Virus record (IMG/VR): IMGVR_UViG_3300043473_000169
Coordinates: 624 to 64,623 of that record
Source: a virus
Taxonomy: Duplodnaviria > Caudoviricetes
Strand: one strand, 5' to 3'
Length of the DNA: 64,000 bases
Both the position numbers and the translations under genes were made by a program. Below the pieces are notes generated by a model. That model did no database searches. It saw only the letters and a list, made by a program, of their open reading frames with translations, and was not told where the DNA came from. How positions within the stretch are numbered: position 1 is the stretch's first letter; every line of letters starts with the position of its first letter. This document shows positions 9,369 to 18,436 of this stretch, one piece after another.

Positions 9369-11995
9369 TGGTTAGTTCCGGGGTTGATCCCCGCTCCTGT
9401 GGATAGGTCGGTGGGTTCTTGGTTCTCGATTTCGGCCTTGGCGATCGACAGCGCGGTCATGTTGTCATCGCGATTGGCCTGCAGCTTGGCGGCGTTGGTC
9501 TGCTCGGTGCGGCGATTGTTCGCCTGCTCTTTCAACTGGAGACGCGCGGCCTCGGACAGGTTGTCAGCATGCGACAGTTCAACCTGTGTCTGTGCGCGCA
9601 TCTGCTCGCGCCCAAGGTCGGCCTGAATCTTCTTCTGGCCCTGAATCAACGTCATGTTCGCAGCTTCCTTACGCTGCTGTAGCTCCTGCGTCTTGAGCGA
9701 ATTCTTCTGCTGGTTGTCCTGCGCCGTCATCTGGTTCTTCTCGTGCATGACCTGTGCGGGATCCATCGGCTGCGATGCCTGCTGGTACTGCTGCACCATC
9801 TGCGCGGCTTTCTGGATGATCGGCGGCAGCTTGGTCAGCGCCTTGGTATCTTCACTCAGTACGTCAGCGGACACCATGGCGAGGGTCTTGTCAAACTCGG
9901 CGGCGACTTGCTGATCCTTAATCTTCATGAATTCCGAGGGATCGCGGCCCTGCAACGCTTCCTTGGCTTTCTCGAACACCGACGTGACGTACCACAATGA
10001 CAGATGCTCGGTGAGATGCTGAACCATAATGGGCAAGAACTTGGGAGCAATCGATATCAACTGACCGAAGAATGGCGACTCCATGTACCCCACGTGCGTG
10101 TGGATGTGGGCCATCTGGTCCTGTTCCGGGAAGGCCGAAATGGGTCGCCCGAGGGTTGCCGCGGCATTCTCGTTGACCGCGTTCATGCGCTGGGGCGTCG
10201 GAACGGGGGTAAGGAGCTCGTCAATCTCCTCGTCCGGCATATTGAGCATTTTCTTCAAGAACAGCTTCTCAACATTGTGCATGTTGTATAGCTGCGGGAC
10301 TTGCGCGGCGCGGGAAGTGACCGCCTGAATTTTTGCGTGCCGGTGGGCATCCGAAGGAGTAGACGGATCGGCAACGGGAATACAATCCAGCGGTCCTTGA
10401 AAATCCGCACGCCGCGCAAGTAGGGTGCCGGTGGCATCACGGATTTCCTCGTCCGTAATGTACATCTTATTGATGCGATGGAGGACTGCGAGGTTACGCT
10501 CCATCGAGAAGTAGTAGCGCCCGATGATCGCCCCCACGACATTCAAGCCTTGCTCGATTGCCGCGTACATCGTGCCCACCGGCATATTTGGATTGTCCTG
10601 CGCGAGCCGGTCGAGGGCTACGCGCACCATTGACTCGCCCGACTGAACCAAGAACTCGAGCAAACGAAACAGAACCTCGGACGGCGGATTGTAGGTAACG
10701 GGGAGGACCCGCTTGCGCACGTCGTCGGCCCCGATCCCACCGTCGATTTCGGTCGTTTCGGTTGCGCGCAGCTGCTTCGACTGGCCAGAGGTGCCCGAGC
10801 CTTTGAGCATGGCAGCTGTCGGCATGTTGTTGACATGGGCGGAATCGAGCAGGGCACGTAAAGCTCCCGTGGCAGCACCGGAAAGGCTGCCGATCATGTG
10901 CATGAACCCGATGGGATAGGCACCGGTCCACGGGATAAAGGGCCATTCAACTATCCAGTGCATGCGCTCTAGTTTCTCATCGGATTCCTCCCAGTTGCGT
11001 ACAATCGACAGAACTTTGCGCGAGGTGTCATCGACGCACACGATATAGGGCAGGGCGCGACCATCGCCTTCATCGATGCCCTCCAAAAAGGTGGACACTT
11101 CGTAAATTCTACGGATGCCGTCATCGTTCATCGGGTCGGACGACGACTTGCCTTCTACCTTGTGCTGGGCTTCCGCCACCTTGGAAGGCGAGGGAGCCAG
11201 CGAGGACGGGGTCAGTTCAGCGTCTACATACTGGCCGGTGCGCACCCTTTCTTTATACTCAAGATGCGTGATATCATCAACGTAAGTGATGCGCTCGGCG
11301 GTGTAGAAGGAAGTGGCGGCGTAGGGGATGAGAACCTGATCGGAAGTGCACGAGTGCGTCGTGGGGCGCTTGAGATTTTCTGACCAGATCCAGCGCAGGT
11401 ACGCGACACCCCCGAGCGGCGACTGGGTCAGGACCTTTTCCAACTCGGGGCGAAACTCCTCGACAGAATATCGCAGCTGCCAGTTCAGGAACTTGGCCTT
11501 GCGCTCCGCTTTGCGCCAACGCGCCTTGGGGATCTCGTCCCCGGCCACATACATCTTTACCGGGCCGGAAGCGGGGAAGATTTCCTTGATGACGCGGGAC
11601 TCGAACTCCACTGTAGCTTGAGTAAGCATCGGGTGCACGACACGGGATGCCCCGATGAATTGCGCACCGCCCGGAGCATCATCTCCAAGGCCTGTGCGTC
11701 GGATACCTTCAGCGTACATTTTGTCACGTTTTTCCCGGGCTTTCTTGTCCCACTCTACCTTCTGGATAAGATCCAGTGCGATACCCGAAAGTTCAGTCGC
11801 ATCAACAGTAAATACAAGGTTGTCATAAAAGCCTGACTCCTCTGCTGTCGGGGTATTCTTTTCGAGGTCGATGATGGTGTTGCCGTGCTCATCGGTTTCC
11901 ATATCCCCCTGCTCGGAGTACTCGGTAGACTCGGGACCGTCGTCGCCGGGGGCTCCTTCCTCTTCGGGGACTTCTTCATCATCGGGGGCAGCCAT
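9365..11995 (-). CDS. Portal protein (P22-like, long C-terminal barrel)
   Basis: 876 aa with 'FIGASRVVHPMLTQA.VEF', 'YGFMH.IG.L..AATG.LR.LLD.A...N.P' and a Gln-rich coiled C-terminus; directly after terL. Confidence 0.9.
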   Translation of the reverse strand: MAAPDDEEVPEEEGAPGDDGPESTEYSEQGDMETDEHGNTIIDLEKNTPTAEESGFYDNLVFTVDATELSGIALDLIQKVEWDKKAREKRDKMYAEGIRRTGLGDDAPGGAQFIGASRVVHPMLTQATVEFESRVIKEIFPASGPVKMYVAGDEIPKARWRKAERKAKFLNWQLRYSVEEFRPELEKVLTQSPLGGVAYLRWIWSENLKRPTTHSCTSDQVLIPYAATSFYTAERITYVDDITHLEYKERVRTGQYVDAELTPSSLAPSPSKVAEAQHKVEGKSSSDPMNDDGIRRIYEVSTFLEGIDEGDGRALPYIVCVDDTSRKVLSIVRNWEESDEKLERMHWIVEWPFIPWTGAYPIGFMHMIGSLSGAATGALRALLDSAHVNNMPTAAMLKGSGTSGQSKQLRATETTEIDGGIGADDVRKRVLPVTYNPPSEVLFRLLEFLVQSGESMVRVALDRLAQDNPNMPVGTMYAAIEQGLNVVGAIIGRYYFSMERNLAVLHRINKMYITDEEIRDATGTLLARRADFQGPLDCIPVADPSTPSDAHRHAKIQAVTSRAAQVPQLYNMHNVEKLFLKKMLNMPDEEIDELLTPVPTPQRMNAVNENAAATLGRPISAFPEQDQMAHIHTHVGYMESPFFGQLISIAPKFLPIMVQHLTEHLSLWYVTSVFEKAKEALQGRDPSEFMKIKDQQVAAEFDKTLAMVSADVLSEDTKALTKLPPIIQKAAQMVQQYQQASQPMDPAQVMHEKNQMTAQDNQQKNSLKTQELQQRKEAANMTLIQGQKKIQADLGREQMRAQTQVELSHADNLSEAARLQLKEQANNRRTEQTNAAKLQANRDDNMTALSIAKAEIENQEPTDLSTGAGINPGTNQ

Positions 11996-12004
11996 AGAAA
12001 ACTC

Positions 12005-13546
12005 CTAGCACGCGTACGGGTTGGTGCCCGTCGGGAAAATTATGATGTTGGGATCGTCGAAGCCCATGGCTCGCTTGGCTTCCTCAGGCAACTTCTCGTC
12101 CTTGTTGGGCTTGACCCACGAGTCGATGTAGTTGCGCATGAAGTAGTTGAGCGCCTGCGACATGCAGTCGATATAGTCGTCGTTGTCCACGGTGCCGGGG
12201 CCGTGGTAGGAGCAGATCTGGGAAATTACTTTCTCTGCCCAAGACTTGAACGTGCCCGGACGTTTCTCGCTCTCGACGGCCCATACACGCCCGTGCGCAA
12301 ACATCGGCGTAATCTGGTGGACGCGGGCGAGCTTGTCAGCACGTCCGGGGTTGTAGGGGTCGAGAAGGAGGTTTTCGAGGGCGAGTGTCTGACGGAGCGA
12401 AATGCCTGAGCCTTTATCCTCGACAATAGCGAGGTCAATAGTTTTGCCAGTGGCGACCCCGGGGAGGTCGTAACGGGAGGGGATAAGTGCCCCGCCAATA
12501 ACGGGTCGGTCGATTTCGCCATACGTTACCTTCATTTCGTCGCGGACGCGGGTGACTAAGGCCGGGAGGCCGAGATAGTCATCCCACGCGTCCAGCAACA
12601 TGACGTGAAGCTCGGTCTTAATGTAGAACAATCCCCAGACTTCCGACGCGCTGGGGTCAGCTTCGCGCGACTTGGGATCGTAGGTCTTTTCCGTGAAGGC
12701 CGTATCCAGCGACATGACGACAGCTACAAACCGCGGCAGGGGAGCATCGTACTTCCACATGCGCCACTGGCTGCGCTTGATGATACCATCCTCTTCCGGA
12801 TCGATCAGTTTACCGAGTAGCTCCTGATCGCCCAGCCGGGTGCCCTCATACTTGGCCACGTCGTCGTAGAAGCTTGGGGCGAGGTTCTCGCGATTCTCGT
12901 AAGTCGTGCCGCGAACCAAGAACTTGCGGCGCGGGCGGCCAGTCAGCAAAGCCTCTTTCTCGTCGTCTTCACACTCTTTCACCAGTTCGCGGATCAACGG
13001 CATGGGCTTCGGGGTTGTGGTCACGGCGAACTGCGGATTCTTGCCGAGGCGCAAACCAAACTTCATCATGTCGTGGGTCTGCCGCATGTTCTGCCAAGCA
13101 GCTACCTCGTCGCCCCAAACACGGTGATGTTGAGGACCTCGTAGCCGTTCCGGCTTCTCACTTCCAAACCCGCGAATGATCGACCCATTAGTGAGGTATA
13201 TAATGAGCGATGATTTGTTGTAATCGGCGATGAGACAATTGGGAATGTAAGACAGGATGCCAGTGACACCCTCAAAGCAAGTGTATCGCACGTCGTCAAG
13301 AGTTGGGGCGATGACGCCGCTAAAGCTTCCGGGATCATCAATTGCCCCCTCCCCTACCCAGTTCGCCCCGGTCATCGTCTTACCGAAGCCGCGACCGGCC
13401 ATGATCAACCAGAGTGAGAAATCGGGCGAAGGCGGGGCCTGCTTGTCGCGCCGAATGCTCTTCCAGTTGAGCCGCCATTCGAGCATGGAAAGCTCGTCGT
13501 CGGACAGTGCCTCCAAACTCTGCTCGGTTATGGAATCCAGACTCAC
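12005..13546 (-). CDS. terL: Terminase large subunit
   Basis: Walker A AGRGFGKT, 'LRGPQHH..WGDE' Walker B, TTTP coupling motif, nuclease 'SLDTA...' and 'DDYID'. Confidence 0.95.
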   Translation of the reverse strand: MSLDSITEQSLEALSDDELSMLEWRLNWKSIRRDKQAPPSPDFSLWLIMAGRGFGKTMTGANWVGEGAIDDPGSFSGVIAPTLDDVRYTCFEGVTGILSYIPNCLIADYNKSSLIIYLTNGSIIRGFGSEKPERLRGPQHHRVWGDEVAAWQNMRQTHDMMKFGLRLGKNPQFAVTTTPKPMPLIRELVKECEDDEKEALLTGRPRRKFLVRGTTYENRENLAPSFYDDVAKYEGTRLGDQELLGKLIDPEEDGIIKRSQWRMWKYDAPLPRFVAVVMSLDTAFTEKTYDPKSREADPSASEVWGLFYIKTELHVMLLDAWDDYLGLPALVTRVRDEMKVTYGEIDRPVIGGALIPSRYDLPGVATGKTIDLAIVEDKGSGISLRQTLALENLLLDPYNPGRADKLARVHQITPMFAHGRVWAVESEKRPGTFKSWAEKVISQICSYHGPGTVDNDDYIDCMSQALNYFMRNYIDSWVKPNKDEKLPEEAKRAMGFDDPNIIIFPTGTNPYAC

Positions 13547-13752
13547 GCGGGGGCCGGAGAGTAAGGTTCAACAACGGGCAGGTCCACATTCAGTATCAGT
13601 GCGACCGTCTTCACGTAATTCTCATGGGCCATCCTCAGGAGCCGGCATTGGTCATCCGTCGCGTACAGAATGTAAGCAGGATCACTACCGACACCGCTAG
13701 CAGGAAATGCCAGTGCTTCTTGGACATGCTCAAGGTACTCGGCGGGGGTCAT
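13543..13752 (-). CDS. Hypothetical protein
   Basis: 69 aa; 4-nt overlap with the terL start. Confidence 0.5.
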   Translation of the reverse strand: MTPAEYLEHVQEALAFPASGVGSDPAYILYATDDQCRLLRMAHENYVKTVALILNVDLPVVEPYSPAPA

Positions 13753-13757
13753 GGCAA

Positions 13758-14108
13758 CTACTTCTTCTTTTTAGCCTTGGCTTTCGCCTTCATCGGGTGG
13801 GGCTTGTCGTCGTCGTCATCATCCGGGGCGAGGGTTACGTCATCCTCCGTCACGTCGTCCTCTTCAACCTCCTCCTCAGCAGGGGTTTCAACAGGCTCGG
13901 GGTCAACCGGCGTGGGAGCCTGCGGAGCTTCATCCTCGGGAACCTGAGCAAGAAACTCGGCGATGCCATCCTGCAAAGCCTGACAGGCGGCGCGGGACAG
14001 GTGAGGGGCAGCGGAAAAATCGATGTAGATTGACTCGCCAATGACGGAAGGATCGTAGGTCAGGGTCGCCACGACCGAGGCCGATAGCGGAATTTGAGTT
14101 TTCGTCAT
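13758..14108 (-). CDS. Hypothetical protein with an acidic then basic tail
   Basis: 116 aa in tandem with its neighbours. Confidence 0.55.
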   Translation of the reverse strand: MTKTQIPLSASVVATLTYDPSVIGESIYIDFSAAPHLSRAACQALQDGIAEFLAQVPEDEAPQAPTPVDPEPVETPAEEEVEEDDVTEDDVTLAPDDDDDDKPHPMKAKAKAKKKK

Positions 14109-14344
14109 GGGGCTTCCCCTGTGGGTGCTTCTGTGGGGGGCGATGTGGGGAGGGACCCTGCACTCGTCTGCGAAAGCAAATCACGTACCTGAATCAGGTA
14201 GTTGTCGAAGACCATGTGAAAATCCTCAGCCTCAGCGACGGTGAGGTAACAAGGAGCGGAGAAATCGACGAGGACGGTTTGCTGATCGGGGTCATAGTTG
14301 AGTGAAATCGTGCCGTTGGCGTGGGTGAAAACGACTTTTTCCAT
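14105..14344 (-). CDS. Hypothetical protein
   Basis: 79 aa; ATGA overlap with the next gene; its 'L.YDP....V..DFSA' N-terminus resembles the neighbour. Confidence 0.55.
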   Translation of the reverse strand: MEKVVFTHANGTISLNYDPDQQTVLVDFSAPCYLTVAEAEDFHMVFDNYLIQVRDLLSQTSAGSLPTSPPTEAPTGEAP

Positions 14345-14394
14345 TTGTGAAGTACCTTATTGTAGGAGGACCCGGGGAAGGGACCCGTTGAGGA

Positions 14395-14583
14395 TCAGGG
14401 CTTGATATGGAGGCCTAGACCCCCGCCCACAAACATATTGTAGATGACGACGAGGATTACCACACCAAACACGACGGTGAGGACTGTCTTGACTACCGGG
14501 GGGAGTGGCAACTGACCCATGCCCCACCAGAGCAAAGCAGCGATGGCAAGGATGATGAATAAGGTTATTAGGGTTGATACCAT
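14395..14583 (-). CDS. Small two-TM membrane protein (holin candidate)
   Basis: 62 aa with two hydrophobic helices around 'QLPLPP'; AGGAG RBS. Confidence 0.6.
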   Translation of the reverse strand: MVSTLITLFIILAIAALLWWGMGQLPLPPVVKTVLTVVFGVVILVVIYNMFVGGGLGLHIKP

Positions 14584-14695
14584 GGGAGTCTCCTGATTGA
14601 GTTACAGAACGAATTTGGTCGGACTCGGGATCCACCCATTGATGGGACCCAGCTTTTTTCGCGCGTTCGCGGTGTCGATAAACGGCTTGCTCTTC

Positions 14696-15486
14696 CTAAC
14701 AAATTTTGTTAGGACCTAACAAACTTAATGCCTAACAAATTTTAATAGGGCCTAACTATTCGCCCCTAACAAATGTTGTTAGTCCCCCATCCCACGTCGC
14801 GCCTAACAAGGTTTGTTAGTGTCTAACTGTTTCTGTTTCTGTTTTGTCCCCTTCCTGTTTCTCTTCCGGTTTGTTAGGCCTAACAACGTTGTTGGATGCG
14901 AGTGCGAGGACACGAGCCACCAGCGCTCGTCTATGCTCCACTTCCACCGGCCCACCGTCGCGCCCTGTTAGCTCCACGTGTTGCGGTATCGTCCACTTGG
15001 CGCGGCTCTGCAGCCAGAAGCGCGAAGCGTTCACGTCGCCACGCAGAGCCTGCTTCAACAGCGCAGCGCCCACCAACGCTGTAACAGCAGCGGTGCCGTG
15101 AATCAGCTCTTCCGAATAGTTAGACCGCACCTCGTGTTCCATGCAGCCTAACACAAACGCGATCTGCTCGATGGTTAGGCCACATGCGACAAGCCTAACA
15201 ACCTGTTCCCGTTTCTGTTTCGTTGGAACGTGAAGCTCTTCCACGATGCGAACCGTCTTTCCACTCACGTTTGTTAGCCCCTAGCAAACCTTGTTAGTTA
15301 CACGGCATGGGCCGCTCGTCCCACGCCACGTGTGGATGAGAACACGTCGGGGCACGCGCCGTCAATCCCCATTAGTGACTAACAAACCACACACGCCCCA
15401 CGACGAGAGGGCACAGGGGGCACGGGGGGCACACGTGAACTGAAAAGCACTAACAAAATGTGTTAGCCACTAACAAGGGTTGTTAG
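14696..15486. repeat. Cluster of CTAACAA-N3-TTGTTAG palindromes flanking terS
   Basis: Copies at 14696, 14732 (degenerate), 14766, 14803, 15281 (1 mismatch), 15450 (1 mismatch) and 15470, plus many half-sites. Confidence 0.85.
14816..15268 (-). CDS. terS: Terminase small subunit
   Basis: 150 aa. N-terminal HTH 'GLTIEQIAFVLG', 'GDVNASRFWLQSRAKW' and 'VELTGRDGGPVEVE' are typical of TerS; upstream of terL. Confidence 0.75.
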   Translation of the reverse strand: MSGKTVRIVEELHVPTKQKREQVVRLVACGLTIEQIAFVLGCMEHEVRSNYSEELIHGTAAVTALVGAALLKQALRGDVNASRFWLQSRAKWTIPQHVELTGRDGGPVEVEHRRALVARVLALASNNVVRPNKPEEKQEGDKTETETVRH

Positions 15487-15960
15487 GCTTGCGACCCACG
15501 ACGAGAGGCAGAGAAAGCGCGACCCGGTGCAGCTTGGCCGCGTCGCGTGCCCCCTCGGGGGGGGGGTCGGCTCGCGTGTTCGGTTGAGTCAGTCCCTCCC
15601 TTCTCTCCCCTCGACCGCGTCAGTCACCCTCCCCCTCTCGGGACGGGGGGCACACGGACCCCCTCCCCCGCAGAATGGCACGCGTCTTGCACAGCCTCTC
15701 CCGTGTATGGAGTCTTGCGCACTGGCACGCTTCTTGCCGAGTACCCGGGGGGTGGCCGATGAAAGCGCTTTCAGTGGTGGCCGGCAAACCGTGTGCCCCC
15801 TGTGCCCTCTCGGTACAAGCGGTACACCGTTTTCACAGCCGTGTAAGGCCCGTAAAACATGCAAGCGCCGTGCCAGCTAACCCACGCCCCAATCGAGGCC
15901 CTCCTTTGTAACCCATGCGCGAGCCGGATTTTCGCCTTCTCGTGTCCCCCCTGTGCCCTC
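15407..15960. repeat. GTGCCCCCTGTGCCCTC repeat, three copies
   Basis: Inverted copy at 15407-15423, direct copy at 15793-15809, near-copy at ~15942-15960. Confidence 0.7.
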
Positions 15961-16646
15961 AGTCGTGCCCTCCCTCGTAGGGGCCACCCATGGGCCCCGT
16001 CGAGCGTAAGCGAGGGGGCACACGAATCGAGGCCCTCCTCGCCCTGTCAAGTACGCAAGCCCCGTGCCACGCCCACTGGGAGTATACGCAAACAACGTGC
16101 CAATGGGCCTGTTGCTGTCAGTGCACCAGAATAGTGCGTTTTTCCCGTGACACGGGTGCCACGTAAGCATATGCCCGAATACGTTAGTGGCGACCCCATC
16201 TTGCGCCGCTCCCAGAGCCTCCCGTTCGGTAACGCAAGCAGCGTGCCACCTCGAGCAACCCGACCGTGGTCGTTTGTTGCTTTGCACCATTCCTTGGCAC
16301 GCCCTTTGCCCGTTCTGTTGGCACGTTGTTTGCCACCTTGCAAAGCCCGTGCCACTTCACTGGCACGTCTTTTGCCGATGCTGCGTAGCACCACACCTCT
16401 TGGCATGTAGCGTGCCAGCCTCTTTGCACCATCGTGGTGCAGCTTTGCACCAGCGTAGTGCGTGTCTCCCGTGTCACGGGCTGGCTTCGAGCATATGCCC
16501 GAATATGTCGGTAGCGACCCCCTGCAGCGCCTCACCGTGAGCCTCCCCGTGTCTCCCGTAGCATGGCACGATCTTTGCCCGTGCTGACCCCACTTACACG
16601 CAAACGCCGTGCCACGCAGACACCTCGCCGATGGCACGCTCTTTGC
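15676..16646. promoter_or_regulatory. Array of 13 sigma54 (RpoN) -24/-12 consensus sites
   Basis: TGGCACG-N4-TTGC on + at 15676, 15723, 16295, 16319, 16361, 16564, 16632. GCAA-N4-CGTGCCA (minus-strand sites) at 15861, 16055, 16088, 16234, 16340, 16600. Confidence 0.85.
16141..16521. repeat. Imperfect ~57 bp direct repeat, two copies
   Basis: 16141-16197 and 16465-16521: CCCGTG-N-CACGGG palindrome followed by AGCATATGCCCGAATA...GCGACCCC. Confidence 0.75.
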
Positions 16647-16847
16647 GTACAACGAAGAACATCTTGACACCGCACTGCACCATGTGTTTTACGCGTGCGC
16701 GCGGTCCTCTCTCTGTCGCGTCGCGGGTCGCCGCACCCGTTCGCCCCTCGACGCTGCGCCCGCCCGAAGCCCTCCGGTGCGCTCGCGTGACCCCCCGCGA
16801 CCCCCGCCCTCGCGCCGATCGGGGCCTCGCCCTGCGTGTGCAACATC

Positions 16848-16876
16848 TTGTGTAGCGCTGCGCCCTGTGTTCTAAT
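16848..16876 (+). promoter_or_regulatory. Possible sigma70 early promoter
   Basis: TTGTGT-17 nt-TCTAAT with extended -10 TG, ~60 nt before the first early ORF. Confidence 0.4.
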
Positions 16877-16938
16877 GGGCTTCGGGTGGAGGGAGAGGGT
16901 CGCACACCGTGACCCCCCGCCACCCCCGGAGAGACGAC

Positions 16939-17268
16939 ATGACGAACACGACCACGAAGACCAAGACCCCCCGCGTGCGCAAGCCCAAGAACGCCCCGAT
17001 CGGCCTCAAGCGTGTCGGCGATAAGGACCACAAGGTTGACCTGTCGCACTACGCCCGCGTCAAGTCGGCGTCGGGCAACGCCAGCCTCGACAACGGCGAT
17101 GCCGTCGCGAAGCAGCTGCGCGAGTTGACCATCGACGACGTCTACAGCCGCGCCAGCAAGGTGCTCAAGGAGCCCGTCACCGCCCTCAAGGCGCGTTACA
17201 AGCACCTCAACGTCGGCATGCAGCGCATGAACCTCGGCAACCGGATCCGGGGCGCTCAGGCGGAGTAA
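16939..17268 (+). CDS. Basic putative DNA-binding protein, 'HLN' paralogue 1
   Basis: First early gene, GGAG RBS; C-terminal RYKHLNVGMQRMNLGNRIR. Confidence 0.8.
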   Translation: MTNTTTKTKTPRVRKPKNAPIGLKRVGDKDHKVDLSHYARVKSASGNASLDNGDAVAKQLRELTIDDVYSRASKVLKEPVTALKARYKHLNVGMQRMNLGNRIRGAQAE

Positions 17269-17281
17269 GGCCCCTCCCCCG

Positions 17282-17301
17282 CCCTCGGCGCAAGCCGGGG
17301 G
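17282..17301 (+). terminator. GCAA-tetraloop hairpin after the first early gene
   Basis: CCCTCGGC-GCAA-GCCGGGGG; no clear U-tract. Confidence 0.35.
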
Positions 17302-17366
17302 TCGGGGGTGGTTTCCCGTGTGCCCTCCTGCGAGGGTCCACCAGCAACCAACACAGGAGCAACACC

Positions 17367-17639
17367 GTGACCAATCGACCGCGTTTCCGCAGCGCCCGCG
17401 ACCCCGCGTGGCCTGTTCACTCAACCGAGATGCTTGCGCTTCTCGGCGTCGTTGGGGGGCGCATCCCCCCGGAGGGCCTGCCCGTGCAGATCGTGCAAGG
17501 CATCCCCGTGTGGGCGGAGGCCCTCGAACCGGCCAAGCCCGGACAGCGCAAGCGCTCCACGCATCGCGTGTTGTGCCGATGCCCGAACTGCGGCAAGACG
17601 CTCTCGGCGGGGAGGCTCAACCAGCACACCTGCGGTTGA
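17367..17639 (+). CDS. Zinc-finger protein
   Basis: C-terminal CPNCGKTLSAGRLNQHTC; AGGAG RBS and GTG start. Confidence 0.7.
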   Translation: MTNRPRFRSARDPAWPVHSTEMLALLGVVGGRIPPEGLPVQIVQGIPVWAEALEPAKPGQRKRSTHRVLCRCPNCGKTLSAGRLNQHTCG

Positions 17640-17698
17640 CGTCTGCTGTTGTCCCCTCGCGGGAGGGGGCAACGTTGGACACCAACGAGGAGAGCAAC

Positions 17699-17914
17699 AT
17701 GGCGATGGCTGTTTCGAAGGCGCGCAAGGCCGCTTGCGACGCGCTACTGGAAGCGCTTGGTACGGGGGGCGTGGCCGATTGCAAGGCGAGCGAAATGCTC
17801 GACGAGGGCAATCCGCGCGGGGCCAGCAAGGCCGAGATTGCGGCCCTGAACGAGGTGGGGTACTTGCTCTGCATCTTGCGCTGCCGGGTGCGCGAGATCC
17901 GCAACGGGGGTTGA
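17699..17914 (+). CDS. Hypothetical early protein
   Basis: ATG at 17699 after GAGGAG; 71 aa. Confidence 0.6.
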   Translation: MAMAVSKARKAACDALLEALGTGGVADCKASEMLDEGNPRGASKAEIAALNEVGYLLCILRCRVREIRNGG

Positions 17915-17915
17915 C

Positions 17916-18143
17916 ATGGCACGCATAACGCTGGAAGAGTGCTCGGTGTTGAGCGTCGTGGTCGCGCTTGCCCCCTACGGGAACGCCTACTGCCCGCGAC
18001 CGCGCGACGTGTCGGCCAAGCGGATCTTGCGCGAGATGGCGCGCAAGGGCTGGGTGGAAGACGTCGGCGACGACGAGTGGGAGTTGCGCGAGCCGGGATT
18101 GATCGCGTGGGAGGACCGCAATAACAATCGCGACGGGTTCTGA
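17916..18143 (+). CDS. Hypothetical early protein (winged-helix-like C-terminus)
   Basis: 75 aa with 'LREMARKGWVE...WEL..PG'. Confidence 0.55.
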   Translation: MARITLEECSVLSVVVALAPYGNAYCPRPRDVSAKRILREMARKGWVEDVGDDEWELREPGLIAWEDRNNNRDGF

Positions 18144-18208
18144 TGCCCGACCGGGGAAGCGCCTCTTACGGGGCGTTTGTCCAGTACGGCAACAACGAGG
18201 AGAACAAC

Positions 18209-18433
18209 ATGGACTTGCAACAACCACCCAACGCGGTGATTGCGGCCCTGCGGACTTACCGCATCCGCACGACTTTCGACCGCCGCTTCGCCTCCGCCCT
18301 GTTTGTGCGCATGGCGTACGGGGAAGACGGCCAGCGCCGCCTCAACGCCCTGTTACGCGCCGTGATCGAGCAGCAAGCCGCCGACAGGGCTTACTGGGAC
18401 GCGACCGCCAATAACTGCTCACGGGAGGGCTGA
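18209..18433 (+). CDS. Hypothetical early protein
   Basis: ATG at 18209 after GAGGAG. Confidence 0.6.
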   Translation: MDLQQPPNAVIAALRTYRIRTTFDRRFASALFVRMAYGEDGQRRLNALLRAVIEQQAADRAYWDATANNCSREG

Positions 18434-18436
18434 AAC

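Noticed and set aside
15270-16930. Protein-coding ORFs or a CRISPR array in the control region
   Set aside because: The ORFs are low-complexity with no RBS or consistent strand. The repeats are short bipartite sites in both orientations with irregular spacing, not repeat-spacer units.
17916-17935. Extra sigma54 site at TGGCACGCATAACGC
   Set aside because: It has the -24 box but no TTGC at -12, and lies at a start codon.
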